A stretch of 62,456 nucleotides of DNA from Candidatus Aenigmatarchaeota archaeon (GTDB lineage: Archaea; Aenigmatarchaeota; Aenigmatarchaeia; QMZS01). The position numbers were made by a program, and so were the translations under genes. A model generated the notes under the pieces. The model had not been told where the DNA came from and searched no databases. It saw only the letters and a list, made by a program, of their open reading frames with translations. This document shows positions 1 to 10,292 of the stretch, in pieces. Each line of letters opens with the position of its first letter. Position 1 is the first letter of the stretch. The stretch lies in assembly GCA_030614705.1 (NCBI GenBank), contig JAUWTN010000001.1:1-62456 (forward strand), read 5' to 3'.

Positions 1-81
1 AAATAGTTTTTAACACCTTAATTTGCATCCTTCTGAGGTTTATTAAAAATGAGCCTCTCTTTTTTAAAGAAAAGGTTAATT

Positions 82-1566
82 ATGTTCCAATTAGAAGAAG
101 TTAATCCAAAAATTAAAGTTCCTAAAGATTTGAAAAAAATAGATATAAAATATGAATTAATCAAAAAATTTATTAATATTTCCATACATCATCAGGGAAA
201 AGAAATTGTATACGAACTCATAGAACCAAAATTAACAAAAAAAGAAACTATGATATTTGACAAATTATATGATGGGTTATTGCAATTAATAGACTTGTCT
301 CCAATGGATTTTAAAAACAAAGATGAACTTATAAAATATTTTGAGACTAAAATTAAATTTCTACTGAATGAGTATAATTATCAGGTTTCTGAAAAAAGCT
401 ATGACAAATTAATGTATTATATTTACAGGAATTTTGTTGGACTTAATGAAATTGAAGGACTGATGCAAGACGATTATATAGAAGATATAAACTGCAATGG
501 TTTAAACACAGAATTATATATAAAACACAGGCTCTTTGGGAATCTGAAAACCAATATAATTTACAAAGAAAGTGAACTTATAAAAAATTTTATAATCAAA
601 CTTGCGCAAAGATGCAATAAACACATCTCTTATTCGGACCCTTTCTTAGAAGGCAGTCTTGCTGATGGTTCGAGAATCGAAGGGACCATCTCCGAAGAAA
701 TAAGTCCTAAAGGACCTAATTTTTCAATAAGGAAATTTAGAAGAATTCCTTTTTCCCCAACAGAATTAATTTCATCAAACACAATTTCTGCGGAAGCATT
801 TGCCTATCTCTGGTATCTTATAGAACACAAATCAAATATCTTAATTATAGGTGGAGCCGGAGTTGGCAAGACTACATTACTGACTTCTTTATTAACTTTT
901 GTTCCTTCAAATTCAAAAATTGTTTCAATTGAAGACACCAGAGAAATTAGAATATATCATGGCAACTGGATTGCAACCGTGAGCAGAGAATCTGTCGGAG
1001 GGATGAAAATGGGTGAAATTAATTTAGATAAATTATTGAGAGAAAGTTTTAGAGAAAATCCTGAATATGTTGTTGTTGGTGAAGTCAGGGGAAAAGAAAC
1101 TTATGTAATGTTTCAGGGAATGGCAAGCGGACACCCGACTTTGTCAACATTCCACTCCGAAGATGTGCCTTCAGTTATTTCAAGATTGAAAACACCTCCA
1201 ATTAATTTACCTTCGTCCCTCATAGAACTGCTTGATATTGTCATAACCGTTACCAAAAATGAAGATAAAAACAGCCTGAGCAGAAGAATAAAAAAGATTG
1301 AAGAATTTATTAAAATAGATGAAGCGAGAGGTGTTGCTGAAACCAAAATAATTGTGGGTTATGATTCAAAAAATGATTCTTTTGAATATACGCCTATGAG
1401 TCGCATCCTTGAAAAAATTTCAATAAATCAGGGAATAGACCCGGAGAAGATTAAAAAAATTATTGAAAACCGAAGTAAATTTTTGCTTTCACTTGTAAAA
1501 AAAGAAATATTTGATATGTGCGAAGTTCAAAAAGAAATAGAAAATTATATTTATGATGAAAAATGA
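82..1566 (+). CDS. Type II/IV secretion or pilus assembly ATPase (VirB11/ArlI/TadA family)
   Basis: Walker A GGAGVGKT, SIEDTRE Asp box, Walker B VVVGEVRG, GHPTLSTFH His box. ATG at 82 (AATT-ATG context) preferred over 49. Confidence 0.9.
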   Translation: MFQLEEVNPKIKVPKDLKKIDIKYELIKKFINISIHHQGKEIVYELIEPKLTKKETMIFDKLYDGLLQLIDLSPMDFKNKDELIKYFETKIKFLLNEYNYQVSEKSYDKLMYYIYRNFVGLNEIEGLMQDDYIEDINCNGLNTELYIKHRLFGNLKTNIIYKESELIKNFIIKLAQRCNKHISYSDPFLEGSLADGSRIEGTISEEISPKGPNFSIRKFRRIPFSPTELISSNTISAEAFAYLWYLIEHKSNILIIGGAGVGKTTLLTSLLTFVPSNSKIVSIEDTREIRIYHGNWIATVSRESVGGMKMGEINLDKLLRESFRENPEYVVVGEVRGKETYVMFQGMASGHPTLSTFHSEDVPSVISRLKTPPINLPSSLIELLDIVITVTKNEDKNSLSRRIKKIEEFIKIDEARGVAETKIIVGYDSKNDSFEYTPMSRILEKISINQGIDPEKIKKIIENRSKFLLSLVKKEIFDMCEVQKEIENYIYDEK

Positions 1567-1861
1567 ATTTAAGGGTGACCTTAAAATAAGTCCCATAATC
1601 TATCTTATTGTTACCATCTTCATTTTAGTTGTTATTATAGCTTTTATATTCAATATCTGGAATCCCGGGATTTACTCAGCCAATGAAGAAATGAATTTAC
1701 GGGGGGAATGCACAAAGTGGATTTCCGCAGAAACAGGTCCTTGTGTAGATAAACTGGATGTACCTGATTTAGAAGGTGAGCTTATATATCCTTCTCTAAA
1801 TAAAACTTATGGGGAAGCTAAAAGAGATGATGCTGAGAAGTTTTGCATGTGTCCCAAATAA
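1553..1861 (+). CDS. Putative type IV pilin-like small membrane protein
   Basis: FKG-D followed by a long hydrophobic stretch (class III signal-peptide-like); four Cys in the short C-terminal domain; overlaps the ATPase stop codon. Confidence 0.55.
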   Translation: MMKNEFKGDLKISPIIYLIVTIFILVVIIAFIFNIWNPGIYSANEEMNLRGECTKWISAETGPCVDKLDVPDLEGELIYPSLNKTYGEAKRDDAEKFCMCPK

Positions 1862-1867
1862 TAAAAT

Positions 1868-2992
1868 ATGAAAATTGAATGTATTGGTCTGAGAAAAATA
1901 TTTAACTCGAGAGGAGAAGAAACAATTGAATCAACAATTTTTTCAAATAATAAAATTGGGGTTGGAAGCGCTCCGAGCGGCGCAAGCGTTGGAACCAAAG
2001 AAGCCAAACTTGTTAATCTCGATACTGGACTGAAAAATTTTAACAAAATTAAAAATAAATTTACAGGGAAATTTACTCAGGAAGAATTTGATTTATTGTT
2101 GATGAATAATCTGGAAAAAATTGGTTCAAACCTCACAACCAGTTTGTCATTTGCCTTCTTCAATTTAAATACAGATAAATTCCTTCAGGGAGTTTCAGGT
2201 GAGATTCCAATTCCCATGGGAAATGTTATTGGTGGCGGAGCTCATCATGGAAAAACAGATATTCAGGAAATTTTATTATTACCTGTTAAGGCAAAAGATA
2301 TATTTGATGGAATAAAAACAAATTTTAACATAATGGATGAACTCAGGGATAAATATAAAACTAAATTCCTTGGGGTGAATGATGAAGGGGCTCTTGTAAT
2401 GGATTTCTCAAATGAAGAAGCTCTGGGGAATGTTCTTGACATTGCAAAAAAATATAAAGCAAAAATCGGAATTGATTTAGCTGCATCAGAATTATTCAAC
2501 GGGAAAAAATATGTTTATAAAAACCTGAAAGTCAGCAAAGAAGAGCAGATTGATTTAATGGGTCAATGGATAAAAGATTATAAATTATATTACATAGAAG
2601 ATCCTTTTGAAGAAGATGATGTTTCTGGTTTTAGGGAATTAACAAAAAGATTCAGTAAAAAATGTTTAATCTGCGGGGATGATTTGTTTGCCACGCAAAT
2701 CACCAGACTGGACAATGAACTTGCAAATTCATGCATTGTAAAGCCCAATCAGGTCGGGACGGTTACAGGAGCTTTGGATTGCATAAACAAAGCAAAGAAG
2801 CTAAAAATGGTTCCTGTTCTATCTCACAGGTCCGGAGAAACCTGCGATTCCACAATTTCCAAATTGAGTCTACTAACAAAAATTGCAAAATTTGGAATAT
2901 CCCAGATAAGAATTTCCAAATTAAATGAATTAATCAGGTTAAGAGATTTGCTAAAGCTTAGCGGCAAAAGAACAAAGTTGGCAAAATTATAA
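1868..2992 (+). CDS. eno: Enolase (short, divergent)
   Basis: NSRG, APSGASVG, GGAH, IQE, NDEG, IEDPFEEDD, GDDLF, KPNQVG and SHRSGET motifs. Confidence 0.95.
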   Translation: MKIECIGLRKIFNSRGEETIESTIFSNNKIGVGSAPSGASVGTKEAKLVNLDTGLKNFNKIKNKFTGKFTQEEFDLLLMNNLEKIGSNLTTSLSFAFFNLNTDKFLQGVSGEIPIPMGNVIGGGAHHGKTDIQEILLLPVKAKDIFDGIKTNFNIMDELRDKYKTKFLGVNDEGALVMDFSNEEALGNVLDIAKKYKAKIGIDLAASELFNGKKYVYKNLKVSKEEQIDLMGQWIKDYKLYYIEDPFEEDDVSGFRELTKRFSKKCLICGDDLFATQITRLDNELANSCIVKPNQVGTVTGALDCINKAKKLKMVPVLSHRSGETCDSTISKLSLLTKIAKFGISQIRISKLNELIRLRDLLKLSGKRTKLAKL

Positions 2993-3580
2993 ATTATATT
3001 TCTCTTTAACAACTGCGTTATCCAAAGCAATTATTAGATTTTTATAAAAAACTTCTCTAAAATCCACAGTGTGGGATTTCCACCCTTTTCGATATTCTAC
3101 AATTGAATAATTTTTGTTATTTCTTATTTCACTCATTTTATATTCTTCCATCAATTCAAGTGAAAAAGGTTCTTGTAAAGGAATCCAATAAGAAGCCATT
3201 GGAGACTTCTTGTCCACCCTCACATAATTATCACCTCCAACAGGACTTATGCGGTCTGGAGCTATAAATAATTCTTTTGTAAATGGAAACTTTGGAGAAT
3301 AAATTCCTCGTTGTTCTCCTTCAAAATACTGGGGTGTAAATTCATCATATTCATAAGAAGATGATTCTATAATATCTCTTATATTTGATTCAGCAAAATC
3401 CAATTTAGTGTTTTCAATGGACTCATCAATAACAGATAAAGCCAAAGCCAAATTAATTCCTTCGTTCACAATCCGGGGATGAAAAGGAGGTATCCTAAAT
3501 GGATTCGTAAAAGGCTCGCCTGAATAATCAACCAACTCTACAGGAAACTGTTCTCTCCTCAACATTAAATCTTCAATCAT
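2987..3580 (-). CDS. Hypothetical protein
   Basis: Fills the gap with normal protein-like composition; ATG at 3580 (MIEDLM) preferred to the TTG extension at 3661. Confidence 0.65.
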   Translation of the reverse strand: MIEDLMLRREQFPVELVDYSGEPFTNPFRIPPFHPRIVNEGINLALALSVIDESIENTKLDFAESNIRDIIESSSYEYDEFTPQYFEGEQRGIYSPKFPFTKELFIAPDRISPVGGDNYVRVDKKSPMASYWIPLQEPFSLELMEEYKMSEIRNNKNYSIVEYRKGWKSHTVDFREVFYKNLIIALDNAVVKEKYNL

Positions 3581-3692
3581 ATTACTACCAATCAATAAAA
3601 TTATATATAAAAATACAAAATTGAATAATAAATAATCCGACAATCCACCACAACAATACAATACTGATTTATAGTTTTTTTATAATTATTAT

Positions 3693-3881
3693 ATGTTGCA
3701 TCATACTAGAAAAAGTTACTGTCCGATATGCGGAGTGAAAGGAAATAAAAAAGGAGAACACTATCAATGCATAAATTGCGAAACAGTATTTTCTCATTTC
3801 GGAATAATCAGCGGTCCATTTGATGACCTATTCTTACCGTCTGAAATAGAAAACCTAAAAAATTTACTGGAAGATAATTAA
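3693..3881 (+). CDS. Small zinc-ribbon protein
   Basis: CPICG and CINC pairs in a 62-aa ORF. Confidence 0.7.
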   Translation: MLHHTRKSYCPICGVKGNKKGEHYQCINCETVFSHFGIISGPFDDLFLPSEIENLKNLLEDN

Positions 3882-4882
3882 TCAAATACTCCCGCCAACA
3901 GGGCATTGCATTTCCTGCATTTTGAGTGTTCAAAATCCACTTCATATCCCTGTCGTTTTATCATCAACTTTCCGCATGAAGAACAGAAAGTGCTTTCATA
4001 TTCTGGTTCAGAAACATTTCCGATATAAACATACTTTAATTTTTTCTTTGCTTCTCTAAATAAATCTTTAAGAACCTGAATTTTCGTTGGTTCTAAATCT
4101 AAAAGTTTGTAATCAGGATGGAATCTTGAAAGATGCAACGGCGTTTCAGCACCAAGGTTGGTTTTAATCCACGATGAAATATAATTGACCCATCTTTTTG
4201 TATCATTATGCCCTGGGATAATTAAACTTGTAAGTTCAATCCAGACATTTTGTTTTTTGTATTCCAAAATTGATTCAAGCACTGGTTTTAAAGAAGCCAA
4301 ACACAAAGTTGAATATAATCTTTCCGGACCTTTGATATCAATGTTTATTGCGTCAAGATAAGGAGCTAATTTTTTGATTGGAGTCTTGTTTGTATAACCA
4401 TTTGAAACCCAAATGTTTTTTATTCCTTCTTTTTTTGCCAGTTTCATTATATCCAGAGCATATTCATAGAAAATGGTAGGCTCAGTGTAAGTATAAGCAA
4501 TTGTTTTTACCTTGTGTTCTTTTGCAAGCTCAATAACTTTCTCAGGCGGAACAAAGTCACCGGAAATTTCTCCCTGTGAAATCTTATAGTTCTGACAGAA
4601 AGCGCAGGAAAGATTGCACCCGCAGGTCGCAATTGAAAGAGCGGTTGTTCCAGGAAGGAAATGAAATAAAGGTTTCTTTTCAATTGGGTCAATTGATAAA
4701 GTGCAGGGTTTTGAATAAACCAATGAATATAACTTGCCTTTCAGGTTTTTCCTTGCCCTGCAGAATCCTGTTGAATTTTCGGTAATATAACATTTTCTGG
4801 GGCAGAGCAAACATCTTACTTTTTTATCCGGTAATTTTTCATAGAATTTTGCTTCTTTTGGTTTTTGTGGGGTTGGTTCCAT
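3878..4882 (-). CDS. amrS: AmmeMemoRadiSam system radical SAM enzyme
   Basis: CLLCPRKC N-terminus, DPIEKKPLFHF, CNLSCAFCQN radical SAM motif, YTYTEP, LHLSRFHPDY. Confidence 0.9.
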   Translation of the reverse strand: MEPTPQKPKEAKFYEKLPDKKVRCLLCPRKCYITENSTGFCRARKNLKGKLYSLVYSKPCTLSIDPIEKKPLFHFLPGTTALSIATCGCNLSCAFCQNYKISQGEISGDFVPPEKVIELAKEHKVKTIAYTYTEPTIFYEYALDIMKLAKKEGIKNIWVSNGYTNKTPIKKLAPYLDAINIDIKGPERLYSTLCLASLKPVLESILEYKKQNVWIELTSLIIPGHNDTKRWVNYISSWIKTNLGAETPLHLSRFHPDYKLLDLEPTKIQVLKDLFREAKKKLKYVYIGNVSEPEYESTFCSSCGKLMIKRQGYEVDFEHSKCRKCNALLAGVFD

Positions 4883-4910
4883 AATTAATATAAATTAGTA
4901 AGTTCATTGA

Positions 4911-5522
4911 TTATTGAAACAAGTCATTTAAATATTCTTCATTTCTTTCTACCACTCTTAAGTATTCTGATTTTCTTGTGTCAGTTTCCGGCAACTTATC
5001 TGATTCATTCTGATAAAACAAAACGCCTTTTTTGTAAGCAATATAAATTACCTCATTTATTTCGTTGTTTGATTTGACACCATACGCTCTTAAAGATTCT
5101 AATTGATCTAAAACCCTCAACTTCCTATATGTAGGATGTTTTCGGGTTCTTTTAAACCGTTTTGCATTTTTTCTTGCAAATCTAATTAAATCCTCTGCGC
5201 GTTTCTGAGCCAATTCCGGCAACAGTTCTTTTAATTCGTCCAAAGGAGAAGAATCAATTTCGTATCCCAATCTTCGAGCCGCCTTAATAGTATTCTCAGT
5301 ATCTTTGATACAACTCAAATAAGTTGTAAAGAAATTTTTATAATCCGGCAGTCTCCCTACAAAAAATTCAAATTCTTTTTCATAAACTTTTTGTTTTAAT
5401 TTATCATCAATTAATTCCGGGTGTTCATCTTCCATAACTGCCAGCTCAAAAACAGATATTTCTCCTTTATCAACAGCACGTTCCAATTCCTCCTTGCTAT
5501 TAACATCACCATATAATTCCAT
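4911..5522 (-). CDS. Hypothetical protein
   Basis: 203-aa charged, helical-looking ORF filling the gap; no motif recognised. Confidence 0.7.
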   Translation of the reverse strand: MELYGDVNSKEELERAVDKGEISVFELAVMEDEHPELIDDKLKQKVYEKEFEFFVGRLPDYKNFFTTYLSCIKDTENTIKAARRLGYEIDSSPLDELKELLPELAQKRAEDLIRFARKNAKRFKRTRKHPTYRKLRVLDQLESLRAYGVKSNNEINEVIYIAYKKGVLFYQNESDKLPETDTRKSEYLRVVERNEEYLNDLFQ

Positions 5523-5595
5523 AACAAATAAACAGAAATTATTTATAAATTAATAATAAAATCTATCTTTTAGTTTATTACAAAAAACCTAAAAA

Positions 5596-6348
5596 TTATT
5601 CCTCAATTCTCGGAGCAAGGATGAACCCAAGTTTGACTTTGTCCTTAATCATATACTCCAAGTGAACCGGGTAATCTTTGTTAAATTCAAGTTTAACTTT
5701 ATCTGTAAGTTTTCCTGCTTTCAGCATCTTGCTGAGGTATTCAATTGAATATCTCGCAACAGTATCTTCTTTGCAGGTTAAGGAATATAACTGGGGGTTA
5801 TCTGCTTCTATTTTTATCTGGGTGAAACTTGAATCTCCTTCCGCTTTCAAAGTCAAAGATTCTTTTGAAATCATTATTGCAATTCCATCAGAAATCAAAG
5901 CGCAATTTTCAAGACCTTCTTTTAACACTGAAGGGTCAAGTTCAATTGAGTTTTCAAAATTAAATCTGCTAATGTCCTGCATTTCCTGTTTTGCAACAGA
6001 AATAATTGGCATTGCAAATTTCCTTGTTGTGCTTCCATCAAGAGTTAATTCAAATCTATCCTCGTTTTCATCAACAGCTAGAGTTAATTTATCCTCTGGT
6101 TTTGATTTCTTTATGAATTGCAGCATTTTTAAAATATTCAAACCTATTTCCAATTCCTTATCACAGGTATAACTTTCAAATGCAGTTGGAAGGATTAAAA
6201 AATCCACAACCGCAATAACAGCCCTGTCAGGACAGATAAGTGAAATTCCGTCTTTCTTTATGTTAAATGTGCCTTCATCCACAATCTCCGCAATTGCGTT
6301 AAAACTTTCTTTTATCAGACCTACATCCTCCAAAACCGCTTTGAACAT
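5596..6348 (-). CDS. pcn: DNA polymerase sliding clamp PCNA
   Basis: 250 aa; MFKA start, FESY, YSIEYL, DYPVHLEY and C-terminal LAPRIE. Confidence 0.96.
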   Translation of the reverse strand: MFKAVLEDVGLIKESFNAIAEIVDEGTFNIKKDGISLICPDRAVIAVVDFLILPTAFESYTCDKELEIGLNILKMLQFIKKSKPEDKLTLAVDENEDRFELTLDGSTTRKFAMPIISVAKQEMQDISRFNFENSIELDPSVLKEGLENCALISDGIAIMISKESLTLKAEGDSSFTQIKIEADNPQLYSLTCKEDTVARYSIEYLSKMLKAGKLTDKVKLEFNKDYPVHLEYMIKDKVKLGFILAPRIEE

Positions 6349-6369
6349 AATATTAAATAAAGATAAATA

Positions 6370-7404
6370 TTAGTATTTCCAATTTTTTATAATCAACTCT
6401 GCGAATTTGATTGTTTCTTCCAAATCCTTCACATTAAAAATCTCATTGGGTGTGTGCATATTTCTCAAAGGAATATTAATGGATAAACTCAAAATACCTT
6501 TCCTGATTATCTGCACTACTGCAGTATCACTCATTCCCCCTTCAACCAATTCCAGTTGATATTTAATTTTGTTCTTTTTCGCCAAATCAATCACAAAATT
6601 CTTTAATTTTTCCGGCAAAATCATTCCCCTACCTCCGGCTTCTACCAAAGTAATTGAAACACCCTTGCCTAATTTTATCTCAGTATCTTTTTCAGTCACA
6701 GCAGGCACATCCCCAGCAATAGCTGTATCTATAACAATCGCCAAATCAGGATCTATTGCATACACTGCGGTTCTTGCTCCTTTTAACCCAACTTCTTCCT
6801 GAGTTGAAAAAACGAAATAAATATCCTCTTTTGAGGTTTTCATGTTTTTAATCAAATCCATTAAACAATAAACTCCAAGCCGGTTATCAAGGGATTTTCC
6901 AACAAAAAGATTGTTTCTCAATTCCTTAAATTCAGATTTAAAAGAAATTGGAGATCCTATTTCCACCTTTGATTTATCTTTCTCAGTAAATCCAGCTTCA
7001 ATGTATAGTTCATCATATTTCATCAGTTTTTTCCTTTCTTCTTCTTTCTGCAAATGAACGGGTTTTGAGCCTATAATTCCCTCAATATCGGATTTTCCTT
7101 TTATCAAAACTCTCTGAGCCAAGAGAATACGGTCATCAATACCACCCATCTTTGAAAATTCAACAAAACCTTTATCAACCCTCTTCACAATTAATCCAAT
7201 CTCATCCATATGCGCCACTAAAGCTATTTTTTTCTTGTTTTTACCAGAACCTTTTTTTAGAACAATTAAATTGCCCAAATTATCCTCAGTCACACTATCC
7301 GCATATTTTGAAATTTCTTTTTTTATCACTTCTCTGACCTCGCCTTCAAACCCAGAAACACCGCATGATTCGCTCAATTTTTTTAATAATTTTAAATCCA
7401 CCAT
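6370..7404 (-). CDS. M42 family aminopeptidase (TET-like)
   Basis: GVSGFE, AHMDEIG, LDNRLG, QEEVGLKGA, MHTPNE motifs. Confidence 0.93.
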   Translation of the reverse strand: MVDLKLLKKLSESCGVSGFEGEVREVIKKEISKYADSVTEDNLGNLIVLKKGSGKNKKKIALVAHMDEIGLIVKRVDKGFVEFSKMGGIDDRILLAQRVLIKGKSDIEGIIGSKPVHLQKEEERKKLMKYDELYIEAGFTEKDKSKVEIGSPISFKSEFKELRNNLFVGKSLDNRLGVYCLMDLIKNMKTSKEDIYFVFSTQEEVGLKGARTAVYAIDPDLAIVIDTAIAGDVPAVTEKDTEIKLGKGVSITLVEAGGRGMILPEKLKNFVIDLAKKNKIKYQLELVEGGMSDTAVVQIIRKGILSLSINIPLRNMHTPNEIFNVKDLEETIKFAELIIKNWKY

Positions 7405-7471
7405 AATCTAATATTGAAATAATTATAAAGAATTCATCATAATGCAAAATAAGGATTAAACTGTAGATTAT

Positions 7472-9019
7472 ATGAAAATAATAATTATTATGAATAAAAT
7501 TATTCCTTTCCTGCTTATCTGTCTAATATGTTTATCTGGATGCACAAATCCTTTTGAGGATCAGACACCAAGACAAATACAGCCTCTGGTTATTACTTTA
7601 TCCTCTGATTTAACAACACTCAAATCAGGAGAAAAAACATTCCTTTATCTGACTTTTGACAACCTTGATGAACTGGAAGAATACGAAGTTTCAGGAAAAA
7701 TAATGGATGGGGGAATTTTTATAGTATCCGATTCATTTGATGAAGAAGAACTTGCGGGTTTGCAGAAAAAAACCCTTGAGATGGAAATTGGAGCTCCAGA
7801 AGTTGGCGCGGATATACCTTCAAGAATGAGCGTTGAGGTGCAGGTCTCCAAAACATCCAAATTTTATGTTCCTGTTTTATTTGCAGACCGCGAATATGTA
7901 ATAGAAAAAGAAATTGCGGGACAGCCAATTCAAAAACAACCAAAAAAATATTCTTTGGTTGACCGGCTTGTGAATATTGAAATAGAATTAAACAAAAATC
8001 CCCCAATAGATACAGGAGCCGCATGGGGCACAATAAAAATCACGCCAAGAAGAGATGGAATTCTTGATTTTAAATCAATTTTCGGCGAAGATATTTCCTG
8101 CGAAGAAATAAATGAATTCACGAATACAGTTTCGTGTGAATTTAATGGTGATCCTGACCAGCTTGAAGAAATAAAATTTGAAATGGAAATTGAATATCTA
8201 TACCGAGAAATAAAATATTTAAACTTCATGATTCTTACGGGAGAAGGGGACTATATTCCAACAGATCCCACAACAGACACAAGCAAAGTTGGGGATGATG
8301 CTGAGTTTAATTTTGATTCTTCAACTGAAAAAATATACCCAACTACTTCGCAGATAACACTTACTTTTGAAGTTGAAAATAATAATGATGTTCCTTTGAC
8401 TATTGAGGATATCGATTATAATTATCCATCTTACTTTGAACAATATATGATTAATGATAATTGCGAAGGAATTGTTGGTTCAGGCGAAACTCAAGAATGC
8501 CGACTTGGATTGAATATAAGAACGCATCAGGATTCGGGCACAACCGCAGAGGTTTCAGCCACAGTAACCTACACAACAACATTGGAATATGATTTGTCAA
8601 CAGGAAATTCAATAGGCGATAAAAAAGTTTACACCGGATGGTCTCCTTTTGTAATTGAATCTGAAGTTGTTGATGTTAGCTATAATACAGAATATTGCAC
8701 TTATAGGGTGGATGGGATAGATCAGATTTATAAATGCGATGAAGGATGTCCTTCTGGGTGTGATTGTGTGGGAACGGTTTGTAAAAGAAAAACTGATGTG
8801 GATCAGATGTCTGTGGAAGTGACTATTCGCAATAATGGGAATGAAGCCACTACGCCAAAAAATTTAAAACTTGATGGAACAACTTGTAGCGGCAATATTC
8901 CCGCCGGAGGTGAAATAACATGCGGACCTTATATAAAAGACCCGAGAGAAAAAATCCAAATTAGTATGGAATATCAGTCAAGCACAACCTTAAAAAAGAA
9001 TATAGAGTTCTCTGAATAA
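7472..9019 (+). CDS. Secreted or lipid-anchored surface protein with beta-rich domains
   Basis: Signal peptide ending LSGC (lipobox-like); acidic, Thr-rich, beta-strand-like segments; Cys cluster near the C-terminus. Start may be 7490. Confidence 0.7.
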   Translation: MKIIIIMNKIIPFLLICLICLSGCTNPFEDQTPRQIQPLVITLSSDLTTLKSGEKTFLYLTFDNLDELEEYEVSGKIMDGGIFIVSDSFDEEELAGLQKKTLEMEIGAPEVGADIPSRMSVEVQVSKTSKFYVPVLFADREYVIEKEIAGQPIQKQPKKYSLVDRLVNIEIELNKNPPIDTGAAWGTIKITPRRDGILDFKSIFGEDISCEEINEFTNTVSCEFNGDPDQLEEIKFEMEIEYLYREIKYLNFMILTGEGDYIPTDPTTDTSKVGDDAEFNFDSSTEKIYPTTSQITLTFEVENNNDVPLTIEDIDYNYPSYFEQYMINDNCEGIVGSGETQECRLGLNIRTHQDSGTTAEVSATVTYTTTLEYDLSTGNSIGDKKVYTGWSPFVIESEVVDVSYNTEYCTYRVDGIDQIYKCDEGCPSGCDCVGTVCKRKTDVDQMSVEVTIRNNGNEATTPKNLKLDGTTCSGNIPAGGEITCGPYIKDPREKIQISMEYQSSTTLKKNIEFSE

Positions 9020-9042
9020 ATCAATTAAAAAAAATTATAAAA

Positions 9043-10179
9043 TTAAAAATCATGAATGCATAAAACTTTCATTTTTGTTTTAAATCTTTCAGAATCAAAA
9101 CACACAACGGCATTTATATTTTTCTTCTCAATCTGTTCCGCAAGTTCCTGGGTTAGTTTTCCGTCCATTAAAACAACAGAAACATTGTCCAAGTCTGCGG
9201 TTTTCAACACTTGTTTAATTTCACCATAGTTCATCTTATGGACTTCATTAAGATTGTTGTCCAATAACCGGACTTCTTTTGTTCCAAGCATATTCTTAAT
9301 CATTGGTTTTACTTTTTCTTTTAAGTCAGCTGGAAGGATTGTTTTATTTTTAGGTTGTTGGGTTTCTTTTGATTTGACCTCATTTTTCTTTTTGACTTTC
9401 AGACATTGGTAAATTTCTTTTTTTGTTAATTCTTCAACTTCTTTTCCGTCCGGGGCTCTCGCAAAGAAATCTATTTTTATTTCCTGATTTAATCTTTTTG
9501 AAATTAAATCACCTCCGCGATCACCGTCAACGAAAATAGTTACAGATTTATTTTTCACAATTTCTTTTATCTGAGGCGAAGGTTTGCTCCCGCCAACAGC
9601 GATTGTGTTTTTTATTCCATAACCAACTAAATTAACTACATCTGCTCTCCCCTCAACGATTATAATTTCTTTGTTTGTTAACACATCAGGACCTCCGGTT
9701 AAACCTTTGTAAGTTTTTATTTCTTTTGTCCTGATATCTGAGGAAAGTTTATTTAAAGTCTCTTTTGTGTCTGGTATATCTTTGTATAACCTCTCAAGAA
9801 TTTCTCTGCTTCTCTTTTCAATGAAATTTCTCTTGCTGCTTCTTATATCCTCAATCTCTTCTAAAGTTACTTTCGCAGTTGTATAACCAACCTTGTCAAT
9901 TGTCTCAAGAGCTGCCGCCAACAAAGCGCTTTCTGAAGTTGATAAATTTGACGGAATTATTATTTCCACTTTTGTTTTTTCCTCTTTGTTTTTCTTAAAG
10001 TGGATGTCTATCCTGCCTATTTTACCGCTTTCCTGCAGTTCTTTTAAATCCATTTCCTGTCCTAATAATCCTTCTGTCTGGCCAAAAATTGCGCCAATAA
10101 TGTCGGTCCTCTCTACAAGAGATCCTGCTTCTAATGAAAGTTTTATAAGGTATTTTGCATTTTCTGTAATTTTTCCCAT
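9043..10179 (-). CDS. dnaG: Archaeal DnaG (TOPRIM; exosome-associated)
   Basis: DIIGAIFGQTEGLLG, GKIGRI, IIVEGRADV, FVDGDRGG, APDGKEVEEL. Confidence 0.95.
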   Translation of the reverse strand: MGKITENAKYLIKLSLEAGSLVERTDIIGAIFGQTEGLLGQEMDLKELQESGKIGRIDIHFKKNKEEKTKVEIIIPSNLSTSESALLAAALETIDKVGYTTAKVTLEEIEDIRSSKRNFIEKRSREILERLYKDIPDTKETLNKLSSDIRTKEIKTYKGLTGGPDVLTNKEIIIVEGRADVVNLVGYGIKNTIAVGGSKPSPQIKEIVKNKSVTIFVDGDRGGDLISKRLNQEIKIDFFARAPDGKEVEELTKKEIYQCLKVKKKNEVKSKETQQPKNKTILPADLKEKVKPMIKNMLGTKEVRLLDNNLNEVHKMNYGEIKQVLKTADLDNVSVVLMDGKLTQELAEQIEKKNINAVVCFDSERFKTKMKVLCIHDF

Positions 10180-10292
10180 AATTTATATAGAAAATGATAA
10201 ATTCACGCGAAATGGGTAAAATTGGTTATTACAGTGTAATAGTTTATAATTCCTTTAGGTAAAATGTCTCATATGAAAGTTTTCACAACAAA

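Noticed and set aside
82..1861. Conjugative type IV secretion system
   Set aside because: No VirB4, coupling protein or relaxase in view; an ATPase plus a pilin-like gene fits ordinary archaeal pilus machinery.
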